Position numbers and translations under genes: made by a program. DNA of 64,000 bases from IMG/VR virus record IMGVR_UViG_3300021400_004107; one strand, given 5' to 3'. Shown in pieces: positions 17,911 to 27,676 of this stretch (its first letter is position 1; each line of letters opens with the position of its first letter). Source of the stretch: an uncultured virus (IMG/VR IMGVR_UViG_3300021400_004107). Lineage: Duplodnaviria > Heunggongvirae > Uroviricota > Caudoviricetes. Below the pieces are notes generated by a model. That model was not told the origin of the DNA, did not search any database, and worked only from the letters and a program-made list of their open reading frames with translations.

Positions 17911-20628
17911 ATGATCGTTTTTAACACTAAAGCAATGGTATCCAACTTCATTCTTCCTGAAGCTGACAGACGCTTGTTCGACATTCACTCGACCGTCGAT
18001 GCTGCAGAACTTTATCAGCACCTTCTGGACGGTACCGAGGGTGAGGAAGCGGAGATCGAACAGTACAACACCGCCGAGACTCCGTCTACATTCGCGGGTA
18101 CGTTTGACGGCGCAGTCGATCAGCGCCAGGCTTGGACTTCCAACTCTCTGTACGGTTCTTATGCGAGTGCTGCTATCAGAGCGGAGAACATCAAGGAGAC
18201 TCGCCAGTTCTATCTCTCACATCCTCAGGCTGAAGAGATGGCGCGTCTGTACTACGGCTTTGCAGCAGACTCCAGATCCGAGCGCGTGTTCGGTAACTTC
18301 GAACAGCGCGATGTGGTCCGCGAAGAGCTTATCAGACACCTGGCAGATGCGCTCTGTATACCGCCTGAGCTGGCATTTGACACAGAGCATACTCTCGAGC
18401 AGAAGCAGGCTATCGGCCGTGACATGAACCGCTTGCGCTGGTTCTTCGCAGACAATGCGGTGCCTGTCCATTTTCAGAATACGCCGCCGCTTGAACAGGT
18501 CGAGATGTATCAGACCTGGACACCGGCGGAGCGTAACCTCGTCAACAGCTCCGTCTTTGCACCTCAGCAGATGTTGGACATTGCCTGTGCATTCAAAAGA
18601 GATAATCCGAACAAGATCCTGACCCCTGACATTCTGGACGGCAGGGCGTTTCAGACTCAGGTTAATGCCGATTTCGAGAACCGTGCCCGCGAGGCGTTCG
18701 TGGCCAAGTGGCGTCGAGCGCCGCGTGTCTTGAACGAGTATCTTCGTGCTCAAGTCGCAGCAGGCAATGAAGACGTAGAAGACATTGCAGACAAGTTCAG
18801 TCTCGATTCTCTTAAGGCGGTCGCTCAGCTCGGTTCGGAGGCCCTGTATGCACTCGTACCGTATATCGATTTTTCGAAGATCAAGGCAGAACAGATTGCG
18901 TACTTGGCAACCCATATCCGTGAGATGCAGCTTAGAGATCTTGTACAGCGTGGATTCGGTGAATGGTACAACCAGCACCGTGGCGATCCTACGGCGGATC
19001 TGACTGAGCTCCTTACCACAGTACGCTTAGACGAGGTCAATTGGGACCTCTCTAAATCCGCCAGAGAGGTCATAAATGAGACTGTTATGGCGAAATATGT
19101 GGGTGAAGCACGCGAATATGAGCGTAAGTACCACTACAGATTCGCCGATAACTGCACGGCTATCCGGGGCAAGGAGATCGTCGTCAAAGACCACGGTCTT
19201 AAGATGTACATGATGGCTCCGGACGACTACCGCAACTTTGCGATGGGCGATGCCACTCACTGCTGTCAGCATTGGCGCGGAGCAGGTGAGTCCTGTGTCT
19301 GGAAGTACACGACTGATCCGTTCGCGGCCTGTGTCATCATTGAAAAAGCCGGCAAGGTTGTAGCTCAGGGCTTCGTGTTCACTGACGAAGTCAAGGATAT
19401 TTTCGTGTTTGATAACATGGAGTTTGCCAATGACCGTAACGTAGCCGACTTCAAGAACATCATCGCGACCTATGTTGACGCTTTGCCGTACCAGAATGTA
19501 CACCTCGGCGCCGGATATACGGAAGCGACGCTCCTTTCGTGGGGTAAGTCCATCGAGCAGTGCGGTGCCTCTATGGCTCACATGCCTACTACTATCGGCA
19601 GAAATCCTGTACATTGCGACTGGGGCGGTGGTAGCAATAACGCAGTTGGCTGTGATATCTACTCGGACTATCACCCGAATGCACGTGTCTTCAAGAAGGA
19701 TGGTGCAATGCTAATACCTAAGGGCAGTGGCGAGGTCTTTCATGACCAAGTCGAGCCTACACCTTGGGATGCGCTCCGTGACTCGGACGCTAAGTTCATC
19801 ATCAACGACTATGAGATCCCCGCTGCTGAACGTCAGGCTATGGCTACTATGGGCGAGGACGATATCCGTACTCTGGCTGACTCGGTGCACATGCGCGCGC
19901 ACTATCTCCGTGACCCGTCTATTGCATCAGGTCTTCCTGCGATACCTGAAGAGTGGCAGCGTGCAGCTCTTGCACAACAGGTGCTCCCGAGGCTTTTGGC
20001 CGAGATTAAGAACCCGATACCCGAAGTCCGTGACAGGATCCTCGAATGGATGCCTGAGAAGATCGTCGAATGGCCCGATGCTACCGAAGCACAGTGGCTT
20101 TCGGCTGTCAGGCAGAAGCCTGCACTCGCGGCTCAGTATCCGGGTGAGATGACTTCCGAACTGGCTCTTACGGCGTTCCATTCGGGCGGTATTGATGCGC
20201 TGTCGTACATACCCGTATCGCTTATCCCGACTGCGGAGCTCTCCGGTATTGTATCTATGTCGCCCCGTGTCATCCTCTCGTTTGAGGACCCGTCAGACGA
20301 GCTTGTTCAGCTTGCAGTATCCCGCGAGCCGTATCTCATTTCAGCGCTCCCTGTACTCTCGGAGCAGGTGGGTATCGTCGCGTGCCACGTTAAGCCGTCG
20401 GCCGTTCTGCTCTGGCCCGATGCACCGGATGATGTCGTACGCGGTTGCGTTGAGCGCGAGCCGTTCCTGATCCGCAACTATGCTCATCTGTATCCGGAGC
20501 TTCGCGAAGTTGCCATCAGATCCAACCCTGATTCGGTCTGGGCTATACCAGGTGCAACTGACGAGGAGAAGGCCCTTGCTCTGCAGCTTAAGAATGGAGA
20601 AACGCAGGTTTCGCGTTCTGTCACTTAA
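17911..20628 (+). CDS. Large multidomain protein: PcfJ/GNAT-like core plus C-terminal DUF4116-like helical repeats
   Basis: DDYRNFAMGDATHCCQHWRGAGESC...VAQGFVF...FDNME; repeats such as AVRQKP, AVSREPYLI, AIRSNP. Confidence 0.55.
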   Translation: MIVFNTKAMVSNFILPEADRRLFDIHSTVDAAELYQHLLDGTEGEEAEIEQYNTAETPSTFAGTFDGAVDQRQAWTSNSLYGSYASAAIRAENIKETRQFYLSHPQAEEMARLYYGFAADSRSERVFGNFEQRDVVREELIRHLADALCIPPELAFDTEHTLEQKQAIGRDMNRLRWFFADNAVPVHFQNTPPLEQVEMYQTWTPAERNLVNSSVFAPQQMLDIACAFKRDNPNKILTPDILDGRAFQTQVNADFENRAREAFVAKWRRAPRVLNEYLRAQVAAGNEDVEDIADKFSLDSLKAVAQLGSEALYALVPYIDFSKIKAEQIAYLATHIREMQLRDLVQRGFGEWYNQHRGDPTADLTELLTTVRLDEVNWDLSKSAREVINETVMAKYVGEAREYERKYHYRFADNCTAIRGKEIVVKDHGLKMYMMAPDDYRNFAMGDATHCCQHWRGAGESCVWKYTTDPFAACVIIEKAGKVVAQGFVFTDEVKDIFVFDNMEFANDRNVADFKNIIATYVDALPYQNVHLGAGYTEATLLSWGKSIEQCGASMAHMPTTIGRNPVHCDWGGGSNNAVGCDIYSDYHPNARVFKKDGAMLIPKGSGEVFHDQVEPTPWDALRDSDAKFIINDYEIPAAERQAMATMGEDDIRTLADSVHMRAHYLRDPSIASGLPAIPEEWQRAALAQQVLPRLLAEIKNPIPEVRDRILEWMPEKIVEWPDATEAQWLSAVRQKPALAAQYPGEMTSELALTAFHSGGIDALSYIPVSLIPTAELSGIVSMSPRVILSFEDPSDELVQLAVSREPYLISALPVLSEQVGIVACHVKPSAVLLWPDAPDDVVRGCVEREPFLIRNYAHLYPELREVAIRSNPDSVWAIPGATDEEKALALQLKNGETQVSRSVT

Positions 20629-20676
20629 GCCGTCAGAAGGCCTTTCGGGCAGTATTATTTCAAGAGGCTATACTTA
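20619..20676 (+). promoter_or_regulatory. Element-specific promoter motif copy 2
   Basis: TGTCACTTAAG 20619-20629 (contains the upstream gene's stop), 39 nt, TATACT 20669-20674. Confidence 0.75.
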
Positions 20677-20794
20677 AGTTGTAATCATTTGGGCAGGTAG
20701 GAAGAACTGCTCAAAGAAGAGGCCCTCGGCAGGCATTTCTGCCCAGGGGCTTTATCATTTTTGTTAGGCCGTTTTGGCCGGAAAGGAAAGTTTT

Positions 20795-21001
20795 ATGAAC
20801 TTTGAAAAGAAGATCTCACTTATTCGTGCACTCAGAAAAATCGGTGTCACTTCAGCTAAGGAGCTGAATGATTTCGTATCTGATTCGCGTACTCTGATCG
20901 CGTCCGGTATGTCTATCAATGACATGCAGGCAGTGCTTGACCTTGCCGCCATTGTGGGCAAGAACAACGCGCTCTTCGACTGGCTCGCCAAGGACGCTTG
21001 A
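20795..21001 (+). CDS. small hypothetical protein
   Basis: SD AAAGGA before ATG 20795. Confidence 0.65.
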   Translation: MNFEKKISLIRALRKIGVTSAKELNDFVSDSRTLIASGMSINDMQAVLDLAAIVGKNNALFDWLAKDA

Positions 21002-21039
21002 TTTACTGAGGGAAACATTTAACAGGAGGAAACCGGGTC

Positions 21040-22170
21040 ATGTACACAGCTGACGATCTGCACAAATTACCGCTTCTCGATTACCTTGACGCTCTCGGAT
21101 ACTCTTACCGCATGAAGGGTACTGACGTGTATGGAGACGTCGAAGATCCGAGCGGACACATCATGTCCTCGTTCGTCTATAACAAGAAGAAGAACGTATG
21201 GACATACAATGCCGGCGGTATATCAGGCTACGGTGCCTGGGACTATGTCCGTAAGATCGAGGGCCTTACTATGCCCGGTGAGATCCAGGCCAGACTTGAA
21301 GAGGTCATGGCGGTCGATGATGCCGAGCGAGCCGCTCAGATAGAGACCCGTGTTAAGGAACGCGAGGAGAAGTCTGCGCTTGTTCAACAGCGTCCCGATG
21401 ACGACGGTAAGTTTCATCTCCCGCCTCAGTCCCCGACGATTAACCAGCTTCGTACAGGTCTTTGCGGCAAGCGCTGCATTGACCGCGAAGTGCTGGAGTT
21501 CTTCGTCGATCAGGGCCTGATCTATGAATCTAACGAGCCTTGGGTTCGAGCCGACGGACAAACAGTTTATTTCCACAACGCCATCTTTGTCGCACGTGAC
21601 GAGTTCGGTGAGGCAAGGGCTGCGGAGTATAAGTATCTGATACCCAAAGTCGACGAGGAGACGGGGCGCGAGTTCTATCCGAGAGGTACCGTACCGCATT
21701 CGGATCACAAGCATTACCTGCCTTCTTACTTCTCCGGTAAGTCGTCGCTCCTCGTTATCTTCGAGTCGGTAATAGATGCACTCTCGTACATCACAATGCA
21801 GAAGATGAAGGGGCGCGCGTGGGATGCATACTCGTTCATATCCCTCGAGGGTGCGTGTGCCAAGTACACTGTCGTGCCTCAGGCGCTTAGGACTTTGCTC
21901 GACCAGCACAAGACGATATCGGACATTGTCCTGGCTCTTGATAATGACAAGACGGGGCTTGCCGCCATGGACTCTTTGGGCGAGCTTCTAACAGCACATT
22001 ACAACGTGATCAAGTATGCTCCGCCTGCTGAGAAGAGGCAGTTTACACATGGAAAAGATGAATTCTGCAAGGACTGGAGTGATCTCTGCATAGAGAGAGT
22101 CAAAGCCCTGAAGACAGCAGAGTTCATGGCTCAGGTGGAAGAGTCCGACCCGGCTATTTCGAAGTCCTGA
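21040..22170 (+). CDS. DUF3991/toprim primase-like protein typical of Bacillota conjugative elements
   Basis: RCIDREVLEFFVDQGLIYES, HNAIFV, IFESVIDALSY, LALDND, KDW. Confidence 0.8.
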   Translation: MYTADDLHKLPLLDYLDALGYSYRMKGTDVYGDVEDPSGHIMSSFVYNKKKNVWTYNAGGISGYGAWDYVRKIEGLTMPGEIQARLEEVMAVDDAERAAQIETRVKEREEKSALVQQRPDDDGKFHLPPQSPTINQLRTGLCGKRCIDREVLEFFVDQGLIYESNEPWVRADGQTVYFHNAIFVARDEFGEARAAEYKYLIPKVDEETGREFYPRGTVPHSDHKHYLPSYFSGKSSLLVIFESVIDALSYITMQKMKGRAWDAYSFISLEGACAKYTVVPQALRTLLDQHKTISDIVLALDNDKTGLAAMDSLGELLTAHYNVIKYAPPAEKRQFTHGKDEFCKDWSDLCIERVKALKTAEFMAQVEESDPAISKS

Positions 22171-22190
22171 GCCCTTAGAAAGGACTACTT

Positions 22191-23033
22191 ATGAATTACT
22201 TTTTTCTTGAATATTTCAGAGCTTTAACAGGCACTTCGGCCAAAGACCTTATGATCAAGCTCGGCTCCGACCCGGAGCGTGCTGCTCATGCATATACTGA
22301 CATGATGCGCGCGTTCCCCGAGGCGTCGTCCGAGAGAGTCAAGGCTATGGCAGATGCCCTCGGGATATCGGAAGCGTGGCTCGTTCATGCTCCGGTCGTG
22401 TTCTCGAAGAGCGATCTCGACAACTACATTGCGGTCTACTTAAAGCGTGAAGCGACTCCGCTTATCAAGATGACTGACAAGGGTAATCAGTATGAGATCA
22501 TCTCGACACCTCTGGCTTTGGAGCTTTCCGAGATAGCCGAGACCAGAGCACACAGCTCTCCGTCCGAGTGGGCCAAGTACCTTCTGACGGCGGCCAAGGA
22601 AGACCCTGAATATCAGGCGTCGCCACTGCGCTCGGTACTGGACTACGCGCTTTTGAATTACGACAGCATCCCGGCGTTTGCCAGGGCCTTTGTCAATCAG
22701 GCACCGGACCTTAAGCCGACACAGTATAACGCTGTCACAGCCAAGCTCGTTATGGCACAATCGCTGCCGACGGTCAAGTTTGAGAAGAGACTTATGCAGG
22801 CTTTCGCCGATTTCTCGAATAAGACATTCGACCAGGTCATGTGCGACTTCCGCATATCGTCCTCAGAGTCGATAATCAACTTGTTCCTTGTCGTGTCGGT
22901 GCTCATTTCTGAGTGGACTATCGCCGAGAACGAGAACGGCTCGACACTGCTGACATTAACAGACCCGAGGTACTTGCCGTCTGAGGCACCGTCTATCAGC
23001 GACTTGGTGCCGGGGCTTGACCCGACGATATAA
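22191..23033 (+). CDS. hypothetical protein with HTH-like segment, paralog of 2968..3780
   Basis: RVKAMADALGISEAWL...PVVFSK. Confidence 0.7.
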   Translation: MNYFFLEYFRALTGTSAKDLMIKLGSDPERAAHAYTDMMRAFPEASSERVKAMADALGISEAWLVHAPVVFSKSDLDNYIAVYLKREATPLIKMTDKGNQYEIISTPLALELSEIAETRAHSSPSEWAKYLLTAAKEDPEYQASPLRSVLDYALLNYDSIPAFARAFVNQAPDLKPTQYNAVTAKLVMAQSLPTVKFEKRLMQAFADFSNKTFDQVMCDFRISSSESIINLFLVVSVLISEWTIAENENGSTLLTLTDPRYLPSEAPSISDLVPGLDPTI

Positions 23034-23231
23034 GGAAGACAAAGTCCTCGGCGGTCGCAGTGGTTATGGTGAGTGTGCGGCGGCGCTGTGTGGCGCGTTC
23101 GCGGTGAATGTCAGACTTGGTTTGATCTATCTGCGATAGAGACTCTTTAACCAGCATACTGTTGAAATGTGCAAGACGTTGCTGTTTATGCACGATTGTA
23201 ACAGAGAATGTTTGCGAGTGAGGACTTGAAC

Positions 23232-23501
23232 ATGATTAACACAGATATTACAAATCCTACCAGACTCAAAGTGGCATATCTGTCTTCGGATAATGAAGAT
23301 ATCAGATGCAGCATCATAGCCAATCCCAACTGCCCGGCGTCGGTAACGGAGCTGGGTGCTTGTGATGATTCGGCTAAGGTAAGAGCTGCGGCGATCGAAA
23401 GCGGAAAGCTATCCGCCGAGACGCTCGCAAAGCTCTCGGAGGACTTCGATCCTGACGTAGCCAATCTTGCTGTTGCATCACTTTGTTGCCTGGGCAGGTA
23501 G
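23232..23501 (+). CDS. small HEAT/LRV-repeat-like protein
   Basis: IIANPNCP, DDSAKVRAAA, EDFDPDV; ends LGR. Confidence 0.55.
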   Translation: MINTDITNPTRLKVAYLSSDNEDIRCSIIANPNCPASVTELGACDDSAKVRAAAIESGKLSAETLAKLSEDFDPDVANLAVASLCCLGR

Positions 23502-23514
23502 AAAGCGGCTCGAT

Positions 23515-23871
23515 ATGCCTGAAAGAAAGAGATTCGGAAAGATAAGAATAAGAGAATGCGACATTGCGTATAAGTACAACAAGCCCGGGGAGCCGGTCAA
23601 GTCGATGCTGATACGAATGCCGTCGGAGAGCGCCTACAAGGGATGTGCCTTCTGGCACCCGGCAAGTATGGTGTTCGAAGGAAGTGTTCCCGGAACTTTC
23701 GTGTTGTCTTATGATGCGGAGTCCTGGGACTTCATATTGACATCAGAGGAAAAGGACGATAACGGGCGTCATCGCAAGGTGGCTCTCATAGGCCCTCCCG
23801 AGATGGAAGCGGAATGGAGAAGTATAAACTCCGAGATCCGCAGACAGGAAAGACAATCAGGCAAGTCCTGA
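23515..23871 (+). CDS. hypothetical protein
   Basis: KSMLIRMPSESAYKGCAFWHP; ATG 23515. Confidence 0.7.
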   Translation: MPERKRFGKIRIRECDIAYKYNKPGEPVKSMLIRMPSESAYKGCAFWHPASMVFEGSVPGTFVLSYDAESWDFILTSEEKDDNGRHRKVALIGPPEMEAEWRSINSEIRRQERQSGKS

Positions 23872-24042
23872 ATGTTGATATGCGTGTTCAACTATCCAGA
23901 AAGGACGGAGAAAACACATGGATAAAAGGTTACGGGTGTCAAAAGGTACCTAACCAATAAAAGACTAAGAGGGGCGGACAATGTCCCTCTTTTCTTTTAT
24001 CTCAAGTTTGTTAACCGCTCTCGCTTCGAGGGCAGAACGGAG

Positions 24043-24807
24043 ATGAAAATGAAATTCAAGAAAGTTATAGCCACAGTCGCAATTCTCGGAATGTTGATCG
24101 GTACGACCGCTTGTACAGTCCGAGAAAAGAAGACCGAGATCGTGGAGTCTGATCCGAGTGAGACTTCAACCAGGCAGAGCATGGTATACGGCAGCTACGA
24201 TATCGGCGACACTGCCCGAGACGGTTCCGTTGAGATGTCAGTAGACTCGGTCGAGATAGTTGTATGGGATCAGGTCGATTATTCGGGAGTCGTCTATGAG
24301 ACGCATAACCTGATCAAAGCCCATGTCTCCATCACCAACCTCGGTGAAGAGGACTTGGATCTTCAGCCGCGAGACGTCAGAGGCTTTATCGACAATGAGC
24401 AGATCAACTCGACACAGGTCGAGGCCGCATACGAGTCACTCGGTATCAAGGGCGATCTCATAGAGAGCGCAGTCATTCACCCGGGTCGCTCCGAGACAGG
24501 CTACATCCTCTACGAATACTACAGGAACTGGTCCGTTTTCGAGATCCAATACAAAGACACCGCATTAGACTTTGAGCTCAACTTCTCGACAGACGATGTC
24601 GTTCATGAACAGGCCATGATAATCCCGGGCGCAACAGACGGGACCGATACAACAGCAAGTGACGTAACGGAGCCGACCGAAACTACGAACGCTACAGAAT
24701 CTTCTTCCGGAACAGGACTTGTCATTCCGGGGGCAAGCACAGCAGATACAACACCAACCACAAGCGGAACAGGTGGAACGGGCCTAACCATTCCTGCCGC
24801 GGGATAA
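24043..24807 (+). CDS. lipoprotein with DUF4352/DUF5067-like Ig fold and Thr-rich tail
   Basis: Signal peptide with lipobox TTAC; VIHPGRSETGYILYE. Confidence 0.7.
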   Translation: MKMKFKKVIATVAILGMLIGTTACTVREKKTEIVESDPSETSTRQSMVYGSYDIGDTARDGSVEMSVDSVEIVVWDQVDYSGVVYETHNLIKAHVSITNLGEEDLDLQPRDVRGFIDNEQINSTQVEAAYESLGIKGDLIESAVIHPGRSETGYILYEYYRNWSVFEIQYKDTALDFELNFSTDDVVHEQAMIIPGATDGTDTTASDVTEPTETTNATESSSGTGLVIPGASTADTTPTTSGTGGTGLTIPAAG

Positions 24808-24828
24808 GACACCAAAGGAGGGATACGA

Positions 24829-25227
24829 ATGAGGGATTTTAAGATGCCGAACCTGGACAAGGTTCTTGAAAAGGGAAACAGCCAGGTCAGATCTACGAAC
24901 GAGGCTGAGTACGAGAATGCTGCTATGGAATTGTTCCGTACAGTCAAGCATATGTTCCCGGGCGAGACCAGATGGTTTGGTACCGAGACTCCGGGCATCA
25001 AGGCTGTCGGTATCAAAAACGACAAAGACTGCCCGACTTTAATGCTCAAGCTGACTCGCTACAACCCCGAAGGCGGCGACATGAGCTACAAGCTCGGCAG
25101 CCTTAAGGATCTTCAGAAGTTGGATAGCTTGAGCGAGATCCGCTGGTTCGTAAACAACTGGCGCACTCTCATGCCGGGCCTCAAACAGGATCATGCCGTA
25201 CAGCACGTGTCCGGAAGAAACTTCTAA
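24829..25227 (+). CDS. hypothetical protein
   Basis: SD AGGAGG; ends GRNF. Confidence 0.75.
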   Translation: MRDFKMPNLDKVLEKGNSQVRSTNEAEYENAAMELFRTVKHMFPGETRWFGTETPGIKAVGIKNDKDCPTLMLKLTRYNPEGGDMSYKLGSLKDLQKLDSLSEIRWFVNNWRTLMPGLKQDHAVQHVSGRNF

Positions 25228-25274
25228 ACGACACAAAACTCAGGAACGTTATTGACTTAAACGGAGAATCACTT

Positions 25275-25928
25275 ATGCAGTTTATCGACACGACAAAGTT
25301 AGAACTTTTACAGACAAATGCAAACTCAATCAAGTCCGGTTGTCTGTTCAGATACGCGCCCTCTGATTATAAGGTCCGTATCTGTATAGACATGGACGGT
25401 GTGCTCGCCAAGTGGCGCGGCAATAATGAAGAATACGAAAGCAGCATCTACGGAAAACAGTTCTTCCACGTAGAACATCTCTATCACGAAGGCTACTTCT
25501 TGGAGTTGCCCCCGAATATGAACGTGGTTAAGGCGGTTACGAGACTCGCTCAGAATGCTGACAGGCAAGGCATTTCTATAGCATTGTTTTCCTCTTATCT
25601 GCCCGATTCCAGATTTGCCTTGGAGGAGAAGGATCAGTGGGTCGATAAGTACCTGCCTTTCATTAAAGAGCGTATCTTCACTCCGTGCGGTATATCCAAA
25701 GCGAGTCAGATCAAAGCGGACTCGTCTGATTGGTTCCTGATCGACGACTTGACAGAGAACCTTCGCGGATTTCAGGAAGCGGGTATGTCGGGAATTAAGA
25801 TGCTTAACGGCATCAATGATACACATCGTTCCTGGACAGGTTTAAGAGTCGATATGAATGATCCTGAATTGGACATGTCTATCCTAGACGCTGTTCATAA
25901 GATCATGGAAGAGAGACTGATGAAATAA
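25275..25928 (+). CDS. HAD-family 5'(3')-deoxyribonucleotidase-like (NT5C)
   Basis: IDMDGVLA (motif I), EKDQWVDKYLP, LIDD (motif IV). Confidence 0.75.
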   Translation: MQFIDTTKLELLQTNANSIKSGCLFRYAPSDYKVRICIDMDGVLAKWRGNNEEYESSIYGKQFFHVEHLYHEGYFLELPPNMNVVKAVTRLAQNADRQGISIALFSSYLPDSRFALEEKDQWVDKYLPFIKERIFTPCGISKASQIKADSSDWFLIDDLTENLRGFQEAGMSGIKMLNGINDTHRSWTGLRVDMNDPELDMSILDAVHKIMEERLMK

Positions 25929-25946
25929 TAAGGAGGACATTTGACT

Positions 25947-26372
25947 ATGCCGTTGCATAAACGTTTTGCTAAACAGTTGGATAAGCACGACTATAAATCC
26001 GACATTGTACATGTCGAAGGAGTCGATAACATCTACGATCTGACTTTGGTTAACGAAGTCACTTCCCGTATGGGGCATCCGCAAGCAGTCGCTTTTTCCG
26101 AATTGATAGAGCAGGGACTTGCTACAGGTGATCTGAAAGGAGTCGTGCATAGAGGCGATAAGTTGATCGCCACCCTTCGTTCGGGGATAAACGAGGAGAA
26201 GGAGTATGAATTCCGCGTAGGTATTGTCAACATGGCTGATCATATCAAAGGTACAGCTCAGTCCGTTTCTTATGTCGGCAAGGCATTGGATAAGATCGCG
26301 GCGGACATTGAGCAACGTATACGGATGGTTCAGAGCTATCAGGTATATGGTGATATGGGAATGATGCGATGA
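25947..26372 (+). CDS. hypothetical protein
   Basis: SD AAGGAGG; ends MMR. Confidence 0.7.
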   Translation: MPLHKRFAKQLDKHDYKSDIVHVEGVDNIYDLTLVNEVTSRMGHPQAVAFSELIEQGLATGDLKGVVHRGDKLIATLRSGINEEKEYEFRVGIVNMADHIKGTAQSVSYVGKALDKIAADIEQRIRMVQSYQVYGDMGMMR

Positions 26373-26403
26373 TAAGACTTGGCAGGTAAGAGGAAAGGAC
26401 TAT

Positions 26404-26805
26404 ATGATAGCATACGATATTAAATGGAACGTCGACATAGACGAAGCGATAGAAAAGCTGGAGAGTATGTCGGTCAGAGATGCGGCAAGAGTGTTGCAGT
26501 ACAGACCGGATCTTTATGCAAACATGATCCCGGAAGACAGGCGCGACCTGGCCAAGGAATATTTCCATCACTGTCCGGGCGCTCTGGAGGATTTTGTCGG
26601 TCTGCCGAACGAGGTGGAGATACCTTCGGAGTTTACCGAGGACGAGGACATCTCGAACTGGCTGTCTGACACCTACGGCTACTGTCACGAAGGATTTTCT
26701 ACCAAGGCTTCTCCCGAGTCTGCAAAGTATCCCGTAAGAGGCGAGGTCATCTCGGATTTTAATGCTTTAAGAGATATAGATCCGGGCACCTTCAACTTCA
26801 GATAG
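26404..26805 (+). CDS. hypothetical protein (phage/plasmid type)
   Basis: DIKW...LPNEVEIP...ISNWLSDTYGYCHEGF. Confidence 0.7.
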   Translation: MIAYDIKWNVDIDEAIEKLESMSVRDAARVLQYRPDLYANMIPEDRRDLAKEYFHHCPGALEDFVGLPNEVEIPSEFTEDEDISNWLSDTYGYCHEGFSTKASPESAKYPVRGEVISDFNALRDIDPGTFNFR

Positions 26806-26868
26806 TAAGTGGTGATTTTCACGGAAAAAAGTACCTTTTTTGGTGCTGTTTTTACTTGAATTTTCGAC

Positions 26869-26916
26869 ACCACTACATCTAGTTATGAGAGGCTTGACCG
26901 ACTACTAAATATGGAA
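26869..26916. promoter_or_regulatory. tandem NrdR-box-like sites
   Basis: CACTACATCTAG (26871) and TACTAAATATGG (26903), 32 bp apart. Confidence 0.5.
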
Positions 26917-26932
26917 GAGCCTTTCACAAAAA

Positions 26933-26995
26933 TTGTATTCATTGAATACAAAAGTTGAAAATTTTATTGCGTTTCGACGGGTTTATGGCTAAAAT
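26933..26995 (+). promoter_or_regulatory. Operator palindrome plus sigma-A promoter, probably giving a leaderless mRNA for the TA operon
   Basis: TTGTATTC-att-GAATACAA at 26933-26951; TTGCGT-17-TAAAAT ending 6 nt before ATG 27002; no SD. Confidence 0.6.
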
Positions 26996-27001
26996 CGACT
27001 T

Positions 27002-27664
27002 ATGAGAAGTATTAAGACATTAAGAGAAATGACGGGGCTAAATCAGACCAAGTTCGCGGAGCGTTACGGTATCCCGAGAATGACACTCGTGCAGTGGGAA
27101 ACCGGCAAGCGAACTCCCCCGGAATATGTGGTCAGTATGTTGGAGCGTTTGGTCAAGGCTGATGCCCTGAACAGACGCGCTTTATCTCTGCTTCCTTCAA
27201 AGGACAAGGCACACAAGAAGATCCTTCCGACCAGCGGCGAGTATGTTCAGCTGAGAGATTGGCTGACTGACGTTGCCAACGAGATCGGGAATGTGGTTTT
27301 TGCACTCGACAATGCTCTGATGTGCGACGGCTCCTATTTAGGCTTGAACAATGAATACATTATTTACTGTTATGGTCCGAAGGAACTGGCAACGGAATAT
27401 CGAGGCGTAGTCGTTATCGGAGAGAATGTAAATGACGCGGATATCGTAGAGACTCCTGACGGGCTCAGGTATACGACATTCAACCGTACATTGATCGACG
27501 CCCTTGATAATGAAGACTTACTTGACATGCAAGGCACAACGGAAGCCTTGAGTCATTACTACTTTACACACAACAGCTCCTTTCAAGGCTTGGTGATTCC
27601 GCCACACTTGCAGGAGCGCTTTGAAAAGTATTCGGTATGGGCAATGGAATATTATACGTATTAA
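27002..27664 (+). CDS. XRE HTH plus AbiEi-like antitoxin
   Basis: LREMTGLNQTKFAERYGIP...WETGKRTPP; LRYTTFNRTLID; directly upstream of an AbiEii-like gene. Confidence 0.7.
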   Translation: MRSIKTLREMTGLNQTKFAERYGIPRMTLVQWETGKRTPPEYVVSMLERLVKADALNRRALSLLPSKDKAHKKILPTSGEYVQLRDWLTDVANEIGNVVFALDNALMCDGSYLGLNNEYIIYCYGPKELATEYRGVVVIGENVNDADIVETPDGLRYTTFNRTLIDALDNEDLLDMQGTTEALSHYYFTHNSSFQGLVIPPHLQERFEKYSVWAMEYYTY

Positions 27665-27676
27665 CGGAGGTCTCAT

